A stretch of DNA of 64,000 nucleotides from Amoebidium appalachense (lineage: Eukaryota; Protista; Ichthyosporea). Both the position numbers and the translations under genes were made by a program. Shown here piece by piece: positions 1 through 45,265 of the stretch. The stretch is from NCBI GenBank assembly GCA_963693365.1, contig CAVNZM010000004.1, forward strand, positions 10,196,468 through 10,260,467, written 5' to 3'. Below the pieces are notes generated by a model. It saw only the letters and a list, made by a program, of their open reading frames with translations. It was not told the origin of the DNA and searched no databases. The number at the start of each line of letters is the position of its first letter. The first letter of the stretch is position 1.

Positions 1-96
1 CCATGCCCTGGCCTCGGCCGGGGCTGGGTCCACAGCGTAGAGGACCGCGCCGACCCTCGGGTCTGGCGAGGTGGGCTGTGTAAGTCCGACGCACTA
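1..96 (+). ncRNA. U3: U3 snoRNA, copy 1 (3' part only; 5' end lies before the window)
   Basis: Near-identical to ~990-1087, the 3' domain of the complete U3 copy (box C GTAGAGGA, box D variant CCGA, terminal stem strand CGCACTA). Confidence 0.88.
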
Positions 97-291
97 ACCT
101 TCCAATTGTTGCATAATAAACGTGTACCCAATCTCCGGATCCTGCACACTCTTGCCCACAACTGCCGAGACCAATATTTTGTGTTCTACAGGTTCTACAA
201 CTTCTCCTCCCTCCCGTCTCTCCCAGATAAATCTAGCACTCTCTCACTCGAGATGCCTCAGAGGTTCTACGCCTCTCTCTTCGTCTTTCTA

Positions 292-356
<65 letters not shown>

Positions 357-861
357 TATCTCCATCTCTCTCTCTCTCTCTCCCCCATTCCATCTCTCCC
401 TTCCCTCCCTCCCCCTATATCGGATCCCCGATGCCCAACGATCTCTCTGGAGCAAGATGGAAAGTTTGTCGACATCCAGCTGGGTCACAAAGATCGATCA
501 AAGAGTGACAGGTGTGCGCTACTTTCTTTGACCTACAAGTTTACCACCCAAATAAATGCATATAATAAAATGCAAGTTTCGTTGGTAATTTACCCTCGTC
601 TTTCTTTTCTTTTGTTGCTCAAGCCTCTACCTTTCAACCGTCACCATAGCCATGCACACGTACGTGAGAGCCGAGCACATGTGCGCTTGCTCAGCTGTTC
701 AGAATCTGGCCGAGTGAATGTACACGTGGGTGATTGCGCAATCAATCGGCCAAAGCACACCAATCAAAAACGCGTATTCTGCAATTTTTGAACATCGTCC
801 CACAATCAAACACCCAAAAATTGATTCCTACATATTGTTGCCGGCGGCACTCTGAAGATTA

Positions 862-1087
862 ATGGCTGTACTCTATAGGATCATTTCTATAGTCTACATC
901 CATGTCTTGATCTCACCATCAAGACAATTGCTCTAGTGCGGATGAAGAGGCGCAGCACACCCACCGTAGCGTGATGTGGCTGAGGCTTCCCATGCCCTGG
1001 TCTCGGCCGGGGCTGGGTCCACAGCGTAGAGGACCGCGCCGACCCTCTCGGGTCTGGCGAGGTGGGCTGTGTAAGTCCGACGCACTA
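862..1087 (+). ncRNA. U3: U3 snoRNA, copy 2 (complete, ~226 nt)
   Basis: 5' ATGGCTGTACTCTATAGGATCATTTCTATAG aligns with U3 box A'/A (GGATCATTTCTATAG exact). Terminal stem TAGTGCG(934-940)/CGCACTA(1081-1087), box C' ATGAAGA, box B AGCGTGA, box C AGAGGA, box D CCGA, internal hairpins. Confidence 0.92.
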
Positions 1088-1725
1088 CACCTTTTCCATT
1101 GTAGCGAAAGTATTCAAAAATCCCCAACCATCCCATTTTTTTGTCTTGTTTCCTGCCAGCAGCTCCTGCACTCATTTTCTTTTGTTTCCTGCCAGCTTCT
1201 AAAAACTTTCGAACATCATCACATCCATTGAGTCTCTAAAATCTTAGTAGAATGGTTGCGTATGCAGGTGCTGTAAACTTGCACATGTGGTGGCAATTCA
1301 TACGCAAGTTCTGTAACGTGCACATGTGGTGACAATTCTTGTGGCGGCCATACATAACGATCGCCGGAAACTCCTGTGGCCTACTCTTTTCGAATGTTAG
1401 AGAGGAACATCGATCAGTTGCATATCCTTGAACAATAAAGAGCACCTTTAGTTGTTCTAGTTTGGCCAGCTTCCTGTTCTTTGCACACTTGTACAAAGGA
1501 AGGGAGCGAAAAGAAGCTAGATGTAAAGCAGGGATGTCCGTGTGGGGGAACGTACCCGTTTTCAACGGCAGAGGCTCTTCGACAACTTGTGAGCAAATAA
1601 ATCTGAGACACACTGGGAGAAAACTGCATCGCGCATTTGGAGAGAGGCTAACCAAAGTGCCTGGAGGAGAACTTGGTAACTCAAGTATGACCGTACAGTT
1701 CGACACCTCAACCCAACCGCCAATG

Positions 1726-2097
<372 letters not shown>

Positions 2098-2743
2098 CCC
2101 TTCTCCCATGTACAACGTTGGTTGCAGGTTTATTCCGCTTGAACACCCCTGCCTCCCCTGCCATAGTTCAAAAACAAAAAAAAAGGAAGAAAAGAGAAGA
2201 AAAGCCTTAAGGCCGAGTCCATCTGTAACAGCAGTACATACGTGTGCATAGTTGCAGACGGCTTCACCGTGTGACAGACTGGGCAGTTGGCAGACTGTGG
2301 GCTTGGGAGTTCCAGCGAAGATTCCTGCGGTCTCCGCAGTGTTTTGCTGTGATCCTTTTCCCTAGCTACATAATTATTAGCAGCAGTGTCAGGGGGAAAG
2401 TTAAGGGGTTGGAGAAAGGCTACTCGACTTACAAGCAAAAATGCTGTGGCTGTAGGAAAAGGCAACAAGACAAAAATAAAAATAACAAACGTGGCCACAC
2501 TCCGAATATTTGCTTCTAGATCTCGCGGCCAGTCGGATATTCCACATCCTGTTTTCAGGGTTTCCGAAGGCTTCGAAGTTCAAACTCTGTTTGCTGAGGC
2601 TCGGAGCTCCCTCCATTCCAGCCAATAAGAATGCACACCTCTCATTTTGGCGCGCTTTTTGTCGGTGCACGGTGCACCTTCAGTTTTCATTCACAACGAA
2701 AAAACTCAGGTTACATACAAATATTCAAACTATTTCTTTGAAG

Positions 2744-3424
2744 ATGAGTGAGCTTATCGACCTTCACGGTGGCTGCCATTGCCGAGCTGTTCGTTTTACG
2801 GTAATCTCCCTTTTTGGGGGGGAAAAGGTTGCATTATTCATACAGAACATATCTATGAGCACCCTCACCTGCTCGTGATTTTCAAGTACCGCCAGACACT
2901 TTCTCTTTCTCTCTCGTCTTTTTTTTATTTGCCCCATCTAAACCGCTTCACTTATCCCTGAACAGGTGACCGTGGCCACCAAAACTTTAGAGTGCTGCGA
3001 CTGCAACTGCAGCATATGTTCTATGAAGCAGAACCACCACTTCATCGTGCCTAGCTCACGTTTTGTGCTGGACCCCGGGAGCGAGGAGGCCATTACCACA
3101 TATACCTTCAACACCCACCAGGCTAAGGTGTGTGGGCTAGGGATGTCTTGCAACCCCCCCCTCACCCCCCCCTCCCCCCCTTCCCCCAACCCCCAACCCC
3201 CAACCCCCTCGAACCCCCCTCGCCCCCGCCAACCCCTACTTTGCCGACCAGCGCGCTTTTCACTGTTCTACGCTTTGTATTTGCTCCCAGTTCACCCCTA
3301 AATGTTGCTTCGTTTTTTTGATGGTGGCTGGCAGGAAAATCCGGGAAATGATGGGAAAGAGGGGAAGGGGTATTTTTGGTTTTTTGTTTTCTCCTTCTCT
3401 CTCTCTCTCTCTCTCTCTCTCCCC

Positions 3425-3520
<96 letters not shown>

Positions 3521-3675
3521 CCCCTCTCCCTCTCCCTCTCTCTCTCCCTCTCCCTCTCCCTCTCCCTCTCCCTCTCCCTCTCCCTCTCCCTCTCCCTCTC
3601 CCTCTCCCTCTCCCTCTCCCTCTCCCTCTCCCTCTCCCTCCCCTCTCCCTCCCCTCTCCCTCTCCCCCCCTCCCC

Positions 3676-3740
<65 letters not shown>

Positions 3741-5561
3741 GGGGGGGATGGAGGGGGAGGGAGGGGAGGGGGGAAGGAGGGGAGGCGGTGTGTGTGTGTG
3801 TGTGTGTGGGGGGGGGGGGTTGAGTAGGGGGTGGGGAGGGAGGGGGGGGGGGGAAGGCGGGTTGGGTTGAAAGGAATCAGAGGGAGAGGGGGGGTTGGAG
3901 GGCTGGAGGGGGTGGGGAGTGGGGGGTGGGCATGTTTTCGAAACGCTTACAGAGCAGTGTTTATGAACGGGGGGAAGGGGGGGGGGGGGGGGGGGGAGGG
4001 GGTAAGAGGGGGAAGGGGGGGGGGGGGGGGAGGTGGTGAGGGGGGGGGGGGGGGGGGAGGTGGCAGGGGGGGGGAGGGGGGGGGGAATGGTTATGGGGGT
4101 GGTCGTGGCGGCGGGATTGGGTTTTTTTTTTAGGGGTGAGAGGCGCAGGGGGGGGGGGGGAGGGGAAGAGGAGGGGGGTATGTGTGTGTGTGTGTGGAGG
4201 GGGGGGAAGGGGAGGGGGGTGGGGAGGACAGGTGAACTTATCAGTATGGACACATCACCAAACCCGCGAATACTGTCATAAGAGGGGGTGGTGGCAGTTG
4301 CCGCATGAGGGCTTAATAGGCAGGTTGGATGATTGACGGGCGAGTGAGGGAGGGGAAAGCGGGTACTACAGTTTCACCATTCCATTTATTTTAGACTTTT
4401 TACTCTCTACCTTTTTTCTTTAACCTGTTTACTTTCCACCTCTTTGGATCATTTGATGGGCTTGTGTATGTCTTCCTTTTTCTCTTTTCTTCCTTTTTTT
4501 TGCCTGTGTGTAGTCGTATATGTGTGTGTGTGTGTGTGCGTGTGTGGAAAGGGGGGGGGGGGGGGGGGGGGGGGGGGACAAGGCGAGGGGGGAGGGGGAG
4601 GGGGGGGGACGACGAGAGTGAAAGAGCACGAGAGTGCTGGTTGTTCTGTGAGACTCCCGACTTGTGCTGCGTTGCGTTCTTCCCTTATAAACTAAATCAC
4701 CCCGCCCCCTTGCAGCATAAATTTTGCAAGAAATGCGGTGTCCAGGCATTCTACACTCCACGGTCAAACCCAGACGGAATGGCTGTGACGGTTTACTGCA
4801 TGGACCAAGATGAATTGAAGGTAACCCCCCCCCCCCCCCCCAACCCCCCCCCCCCCCCCCCCCCCACCCCCGTCCCCCACCACCCCAACGCACACATACA
4901 CGCACACACGCACACACAAAAAGGAAAGGTCATCTTAATGCCCAAAACCACAACTATTCCACCAGCGGCTCGAAACAATAGGAAAATAATACAACGTGGC
5001 ATCGGAATAGGTTCGAAATGCAGACAGATGCCGATGTATTACCTATCGGCAACATAATGATGAGCCGTGGAACCAAAACATCATGATGAGCCGTGGAACC
5101 AACTTTTGGTCCCCCCCCCCCCCCCCCCCCCCTGTCCCGACCAAGGAAAAAGGGCACTACGCCGTCGTGCACACACACACAAATAGGCACATATATCCGC
5201 CCACACAGACAATTGCCTAACCGCAAAATAATGATGAGTTGTGGAACCAAATTAATTAGGCCCCTCCCCCCCCCCCCCCCCCCCCCCCCCCGTCCCGACC
5301 AAGGAAAAGGGGCACTGCGCCGTCGTGCACACACACACAAATAGGCACATACATCCGCCCACCACACGCACACGCGTACACAAGCACGTTGTCACGATGA
5401 CAGGCACCACACGCAGCCGTGCACACACACACACACACACACACATCGTGATGCACAGAAACATTACAAACGTGTACTGCGGTGCACACACACACATTCG
5501 ACACACACACATGCACGCACACACATTCTCCGCCCTCCCTCCCCCCCCGTCTCTCTTGCAG

Positions 5562-5597
<36 letters not shown>

Positions 5598-5834
5598 AAA
5601 CACAAACACGCACGTGCGGCCACAACGGGACCCACCTTAATTTTGTTGCCAATATTGCTGCCTCACACACGTGTACACACACACAACTATTTTTGCTGCG
5701 CAAGCGCTCGAGCTAATCAGGTTCTCATGCAGGAGAAAGGGGTGACGTGGACCAATGTCCATTTTGACGGCCAAAATTGGGAGAAGCATATTGTTGTGAG
5801 GCCTGACATTACCGAGATGAGCAAACTGCCATGA
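2744..5834 (+). CDS. CENPV: CENP-V / GFA (glutathione-dependent formaldehyde-activating enzyme) family zinc protein, 4 exons, ~141 aa
   Basis: Exons 2744-2800, 2966-3127, 4716-4820, 5733-5834 (in-frame alternative acceptor at 5721); all GT-AG, phase 0. Motifs [53 protein letters not shown]. Confidence 0.93.
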
Positions 5835-5868
5835 TAGTAATAAAAACTTTCAAGTTTATTGGCTTATG

Positions 5869-5903
<35 letters not shown>

Positions 5904-5953
5904 AAAAAGAGAGAGAGAGAGGGAGAGAGAGAGAGAGAGGGGGGGGGGGGGGG

Positions 5954-6023
<70 letters not shown>

Positions 6024-6911
6024 AGAAAGAAAGAAAGAAAATGGTTTTCTTTTTTTTTCTTTTTGCGGCCCTTTCATTGGGCCTCGTTGTGCCTCAGGCT
6101 GACAATCGAGAGCCTCGGGCCTAACCACAATATTGTCGGGATATCGATGTCATTCAGGGGGGTGTCGTGGGTATGTATTGGATCTTATTCATTTGCGTAA
6201 TCTTTTTCAATGATTTAAATGCTGTACGTGCACTACTGCGGTCGAAGTCTCGCCGTTCTATTCACATGTAAATCCCATACAATCTACGGAGTGCATGCGT
6301 GTGTGCCCGTCTGTGTGGATGTGGGTGTGTACGTGCGTGTGCGTGTGCGTTAGTGTGTGCCGCGTGCATTGTGTTTTTGGTTGGGTGAGAATGCGGGGCA
6401 GGGAAGGGGGATGGGGAGAGAGAAACGTGGGGCGGAGAAAAGTGGCCTTTGGTGTACAAGGTCATGCGGTGTCTTTGTGTGTGTGTGTGTCAAAGTGCGT
6501 CACTGATGAGCCTAGGCCTTGGTGTATGTGGCACATGTCACTTTATTTATTTATTTATTTATTTATTTATTTTATACTTTTTTTTTGGTGTGTGTGTGTG
6601 GGGGGGGGGGGGGGGGGGGGGAAAGGGCCAGAAACTTGAAAGGGGGGGGGGGGGGGGGGGGGGGGGAGGTTGCATTGAATTAGTATGTGCACAGGATGCA
6701 TGCTGCCCCGGCTGCCAGGTCACGTTCACGGTAGAGTGTTATGCTAACTACTTTAAAACCTAAGATATACGTATACATCAGGTATACGGGTGCAATGCCA
6801 ACATTGAATGTCTAAATTGAATGCTCGGATGCCGTTGTTTAAATTTCGGTATTTTAGAATTCCGAAAATCGAGTACGAGGGCTTTGCGCACTGGGGGTAA
6901 TCGTCTCACCG

Positions 6912-6942
6912 TGACGTCATTTGTTTTCCATTTTGATTGGCT
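6912..6942. promoter_or_regulatory. CRE-like palindrome TGACGTCA plus inverted CCAAT box upstream of the questin-oxidase gene
   Basis: Motif match only, ~500 bp upstream of the ATG. CCAAT-type motifs also precede the other genes (~2620, ~13550, ~47108). Confidence 0.3.
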
Positions 6943-7433
6943 GCCGGTAGGGTGATCGCCAAGGATAAAAAGCGCCTCATCAACCTCAGTTCATTCAATG
7001 ATCAGCCGAGTGATCAGCCGCTGACTTCAAATCAAAGGACGTTGTTGTTTTGTCAAAACTCATGCACACGCGTATCGACACATAATACATATACTATGTG
7101 AAACATTCCGGCCTCTCTGTAGAATTAAGTATCAGTTTAACCGTGCAAATCTGTGTGCGCGGCCCCGTGATGCATGATATCCCGTATGCATTCGGAGAGT
7201 TGAAGGTGACGAAGAGTGTGGTGAAGCCTTCCGAACCGAAAGAGCACCGGTGTGACGGTGGACCGTCGGGGCGAGCGAGCCTCCAGATATTTTCTTATTT
7301 TATCACGTACGTTTGCCCAGCGAGGCGCAGCCTTACTATTGGGCCTCTAGCTATAGCTAAGTTGAGTTGTAATCAGAACGTTCATAACGTGAATTCACTG
7401 CCTTCTAATTTTGTTTGACAGCACCTAATTAGG

Positions 7434-8780
7434 ATGGCTGTAAGGCTCTTTCGCAGGTTCTCTGACGCTTTGCTTCGATCAACTCCGGATGCAGAAGAAT
7501 CATCAACGCTTGGGCGTTCCAACGGGAAAGTGTCCACCGTTGTGGTTGTGAGGGAGCTGCCGCCGCTCACTTCGCTGCTCGACAGACTGCTTTTTGACAA
7601 CCAGCGCCACTACCATCCGCAGGTATGTGCACTCCCTGAGCACTTACGAGGCAACTATGAGTACATGCATATGTGCACCGGTAGTATGGCATTGTGCTTC
7701 CCCTACTCTACACATATGCACACCATCGTGTGGATCCGGACTAAATCAATTTTCAATTCCTGCGGGGATAAAGAAATACACGTGTGGCACCCACCGGTCG
7801 TGCACAGTCTCTTTCAATTTCAGATAAGAAGTTTGTGGTGACCAACTAAGCCGCTGAAAAATTTACATGTGGGGTCTGATTATAATGGCGGCACACAGGT
7901 GGGGAGCAACCTTGCCAACCACTACAGCATGGGCCTTGTTGCTCTGCACGGCATAGGTGGTGGAGACGACCGTTTGCAGGCCTACCACGACACCCACGGC
8001 CCAGACAGAATGCGCCTGCAGCCACCACCACGTGACGCAAACGTCGAGGCTTGGATTACCACAAGCAACTGGGCGGATTTCCTTGGTGACAGAGGCTACA
8101 TTCATGCATACAAGGCCTTTTTCGCGTGCGAGATTCAGAGACTGGGACGTGAGAAGACACTTGCGAAGTATCTGACGTACATGGCACCGAGTGTGTGCAA
8201 GGGGTTGTTTCATCCCGTTATCCGTGTGTCCTTTGCGGTAAATAAACCCATAAATATACCTACATTGCCCCCCTCCCACCACCTCCCCCCCCCCCCCCCC
8301 CCCCCCTCCCCCCCCCAAACAAAAAAAAAAAAAGAAAGAAAGAAAGAAAGAAAGAAAGCCTGCAAACCTCCAGTGAAAGAAATCCCGCTTCCACACCCAT
8401 CCGTTCTGACCCCCCTTTCCCCCCTTCCTGTACCCAGCCACCACCTGGTATCTCCGGGCTTACCCCTGCTCGCTTTCCTGCAACTCGCTGTCGTTTAGGG
8501 GCGCACGTTCTAATATACACAAGAAACGTGTGACCCATTCACACACAGACGCACAAGCATACAGATATGCACACGCCCATGCGCCTGCGCACATGCACAC
8601 ATTCACGCACGTTTGCACACTCGAACACACGCACGCAGACACGTACGCACGCACAAACACACACACACGGAAAAACACACGCAAGCACAAACACGCACGC
8701 ACGCACAAACACACACGAACACACACACGCACGCGCACACACACACCCGCGCACACACACCCACGTGACACACATACACG

Positions 8781-8832
<52 letters not shown>

Positions 8833-10404
8833 TGCACACACACACATACACACACACACACACACACCACACATCTCGCCAAAATATTTTTTCGCGCCCT
8901 CCGCACATCATGTACCATAAGTTAGAAAGATATTACCCTAAAGGTGAATGTTTGAATGGCACGAAGATAAGTCTATGTGGAGCTGGCACCTATAATATGA
9001 TTCCCTGATCATTTTAAGTAAACCATATCTCGAGAATAGCCTCAGTACTACTGACTCTTCCGGCATGATAAGGCTGATGATGTTTTTTATTATTCGCACC
9101 CAGCTCTAAGCATCGAAAATGAACGGTGCAGAGGCACCTTTATTCAGGATGCCCTAGTAAATTCATCGTGCCACTAACACCACCGTACCTGCGCAGCTGA
9201 TGATGCCACAAGATGCGGAGCTAGTTGAGGGGCTGACGTACTTTGCAATCCGCTATGAGCCACTATTTGCCGAAGACGAACTGATGAAAATGGCAGACAC
9301 GTGGGAGAAGGCAGGGAAGGCATCCCCAAGGGGAAACGTAAGGGCATTTGTAAGCCAGGTGGGTCCAGATAGTTAGTGTTTATGCCGTGCACTGTGGCGG
9401 ACATTAGTGAACACACCGTGCATGAATAATGCCATAATAATACATGTGCAGAAGCACAATGTGTTGCCACACATTTCCATTCTCTCGCACGGGTGCATGC
9501 AAACACACTTGTATGTTCATGTACGTGTGAACACACGCACACACACACAGACATGCACATGAACATGTGCAGAGACACTCGGGACGCACAGTTGGCAACC
9601 CACACCAACACGAGCAGACTCACCCTGCGGATTTAAGTACACACGCACAAAGACGCAAAACACACTTAGACTAAATGCGCCCACCGAAACTGGGTAGACG
9701 TCAAAACAGCACGTGGCAACGAAATTCAATGTGTGTGTGTGGGAGGTGGGGGGGGAGAGAGGGAGGGAGGGGGGGGAGGGGAGGGACTCGTATCCACAAT
9801 ATAGAATTATGTGTGTAAGCTTGCCTCAGCGTGTATGGTGTTAGCATCAAACTAAATCTGAGCTACCAACCCCACCTCACAGACCCTCCAATCTCTATCA
9901 AAGAAGTATCCTCACATCGCCAAGGCCCCAGGAGCAACACTCAACAAACTACCCGTTATCATATCCACCGAAGACTTTCGCCACACGGCAACATCTACCC
10001 TCCCCTCATGCACTGCGGAAGAGCTACTCTCTGCATGTGTCCGCCTGGCCTCTGATCTATATTTAACCAAACCGGCACTTACGACGGTGCATGCGGTAAC
10101 AGGCACACAGGCTGTTGTGGATGTGTTGGGCTATGTCGAGGGGAGCAAGGCAAAGCGAGTGATTGTGTTGTGTTTGTGGCTGTGGCTAGTGGCACTGTGG
10201 GTGGAGAAAGGATGCCCAAACCTTCCTGATGGTGGGGATTCGGTCGGCGCAAATGAAGGTATACAATGTTGCACGTGCTGTTGGTGTGATTGCATGAATG
10301 AAGGAGCAGTCACAATCACCGTTCCCGGAGATTATACATTGATGAATGTAGAGCGAACTTATCCCGTTTTTTCTTTTCTCCTTTTTTCCTTTTTTTTTTT
10401 TTGT

Positions 10405-10462
<58 letters not shown>

Positions 10463-11457
10463 GGAGGGGGCTGTGTTCTTGTGAGCTTACCCAATTGGGT
10501 TGGGTTTATGCGCAAGGCCCTGGGAAAACACTCGGAAAATGCTGCATACCTTAGCCCCCCCTCCCCCCCCCCCCCCCCCCCCCGCTTTGGCGCTGACGGG
10601 TTGGGTTCGAAGTGAGGAAATGGGTGTGCTATCACGTGGCTAAGACTTGCACGTGCACTTTAACATCACAAAGGTAAACAGGAAACCTCCGCCATCTGCA
10701 CTTACCACTTTCGCGATTGGTTGTTTGCTAATACGACTATCTGCCATGCAGGGTATACACCCAACGAGGAACACTGGGCGGTGCTAAAAAAAGAAGCGGC
10801 AAAAACAAACAAGACACACCGTAGGTCCCCTCCAACACCATAGAGCACATGCCATATACTACGATGCATTGTCTCTCCGGCCGACACCCGAAAAACAGTT
10901 TTGGTCACCGAAGTAGATCTCATTGGGCATTATAGTTTGACATCCAGATTGGAGTGTTCTTCAGTTTCGAATTAGAGCCCTTCTCCCCTCCCTCCTCCCC
11001 CCCCTCCCCTCCCCCCCCCCCCCCCCCCCCCCCCCAAAGGAAAGGGCAGCTTCTCAGTCTTCCCCTCCCCCCCCCCCCCCCCCCACACACACACACAAAA
11101 GCACGCACACACGCATTCCAACCTCCCCCCCCCCTCCTCCCGCCAGAAGAAAAAGAACAAGAAAAGAAGAAAAAAGAAGAAGAACGAAAGAAAGAAAAGA
11201 AAAGATTAGAAAAGGCTAGTTACCAGCAGTGGCCAGGCACAGGCAAACGAAACGGTCAAATTGAAACTAAAACACATTAACACCCCCCCCCCCCCCCCCC
11301 AAAAAAAAAAAGAAAAAGGGTACCACAAGATAACAACAACACGCGCAGACACACACACGCACGCATGCACGTATGCACACACACATGCATGCATGCACGC
11401 ACGCATTCATGCACTCACACACTCATAAACACACGAACGCGTGCACGCGCGCACGCA

Positions 11458-11514
<57 letters not shown>

Positions 11515-11864
11515 AAAACACACACACACACACACACACTCAAAACACACACACACACACACTCACTCACAACACACACACAATAAATCAAAAAAAGTAA
11601 AGGGTTGAGGAACTTGGTAAAGGAAAGGAGTTTGGAGAGGGCCTACTCTGAGAACTTATTGAGGAAGCGGACTTCCGGGGAAAGTCTGGAAAAATAACAA
11701 TTTATTCCAGTATTATCAGAGTGTGCACTGCTAACCCTGGCACTTTTCCGGCAGTAATCAAGTTGACTTTCTCGGCCTGGGCCCTTGATCAGTCATCAGC
11801 ACTGTGCCACAGCAACAACATTGAATTGGCACGCCGCATGGTGGAGATGGGCAAGGCATGGTGA
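7434..11864 (+). CDS. Questin oxidase family (DUF4243 / AflY-HypA-like) oxidoreductase, 6 exons, ~407 aa
   Basis: Exons 7434-7622, 7899-8237, 9197-9337, 9883-10258, 10752-10820, 11755-11864 splice in frame. Motifs [61 protein letters not shown]. Family recognised from memory; start codon less certain. Confidence 0.82.
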
Positions 11865-12618
11865 GCTCATGGGCACGGACACGCGGATTGGGCATTTGGG
11901 ACTGTGTGGTAGCAGCGGCCTTTAAAGCAATCGAAATGTGACATGAATGTTTGGGTTTGCCTGTGAGAGTCGAAGAAAAGGGCGAGGGACAGGGGGGGTG
12001 GGGGGGTGGGAGGGGGGTGGGGGGGTGGCAATTTAGCTGCGATATGCGGCATATAGGCAATATAGGTTTCTTCAACTTAGTGTTGTACGGGATATACAGG
12101 CAATATAGTGTTTGAATACGGCGTTTACAGGAATATTGATTCGATATGTAAGATAAATTTGTGCAGGTGTGTACGATGTGAAAATTCGCTGATTAACTGT
12201 TGAGTTAGCAACACCTATTTAGGACCAGGAGTACGGTGGGCCAAGTGTCCTGTAAGATACTCAATGGCTGCTCGCAAATTGCTATAACCATTGTTAAATT
12301 AAGTGTGAATGCATGGTAGATATGAGCATACCATGGTGGAGCCAGAATCACGGAATCCCGGTGCATCATGTGCTCAGTTGAAATCCAAAACGGTTATGAA
12401 AGCTGGGGATTGCTGTTATTCATAAGTATACAATAACTTTGGATGACAGGCCGTTAGGCTCAGATCATATATGTGAGCCTGAAACAATAAACCGGGGAGA
12501 CGCTATTGCCCAATTTTGCATAGCTATGCCAACAACTTTTTTTTTCTCAACTTCAAATATAGTCCTTGGACCGCACCTGGTTGCAGTCTGAACTGCCACA
12601 CACGGTGCCCCCTTGAAG

Positions 12619-12669
<51 letters not shown>

Positions 12670-12989
12670 AAAAAAAGAGAGAGAGGGAGAGAAAAAAAAT
12701 CACCTCAACTAAAAACAGACCCCCCCCCCAATGAATAAAAAAGGGAAAATTTAAATGCGCACACACCACTATGCCTAAATAACCCCCCTCCCCCCTCCCC
12801 CCGCCCCCCCCCCCCCAAAAAAAAATAAAAAATAATAAAAAAATAATAAAAAAAGAGAGAGAAATTTAAAATTACAGGAAAAGAGAGAGTGAGATAAAAT
12901 CACCGGAACTAAAATTGCCGACAAAAAATTAAAAAAACAAACAAAAGAAGGAAAAATAAAAATGCAACACACCACTATGTCCGAGTCCC

Positions 12990-13024
<35 letters not shown>

Positions 13025-13079
13025 ACAAAAAAAAAAGGGAAAGAAAGAAGAAAACAGCACATACACCGTGTGCCTGAAT

Positions 13080-13155
<76 letters not shown>

Positions 13156-13248
13156 CAAAAAACAAAAAACTCAAACACGACAAGCACGCACGCACACGAC
13201 ACACTCACACACACCGTAGCACACACACGCATGCGCGCACGCGCACGC

Positions 13249-13295
<47 letters not shown>

Positions 13296-13405
13296 CGGTA
13301 CCCACACAGGTGAGACACACACACACACATACACACACACACACACACACACGTGCAAACACACACACCCACGCATGCGCAAACGACACGCACAAACACG
13401 CACAC

Positions 13406-13443
<38 letters not shown>

Positions 13444-13824
13444 GCACACACACACACACGCACAAACACACCCACACACACACGCACAAACACACACACA
13501 CACATGATGCACACATGCACCGTATCACATGCATGTAGACCGGCACATTGATTGGCTAGGATAACTATAAATACGATCTCAAATCGGGGTAGATCGCACC
13601 GAAAGCCTCCTTATCGGCACGTCCAATAATAAGATTTTTTGGTCGCGGCTCTGCCTCAGGATTACGTTATCGACATCGACAAAAGAAAGGCGCCACAGCT
13701 ATTGTAGAAGCGGGCGCCCTCACAGTCAAACGTTTTTTGCAAGCTTAAGGCCCGCGAAAGTGGACCCGGGAAGAACTTTTTTTGTTTGATTGAGCAGAGG
13801 CCAGGGTGCCAACTTACCCCTACC

Positions 13825-45265
<31,441 letters not shown>

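Noticed and set aside
8939-9142. Possible small MITE bounded by TAAAGGTG / CACCTTTA
   Set aside because: Only an 8-bp inverted match with no clean TSD; cannot be distinguished from chance here.
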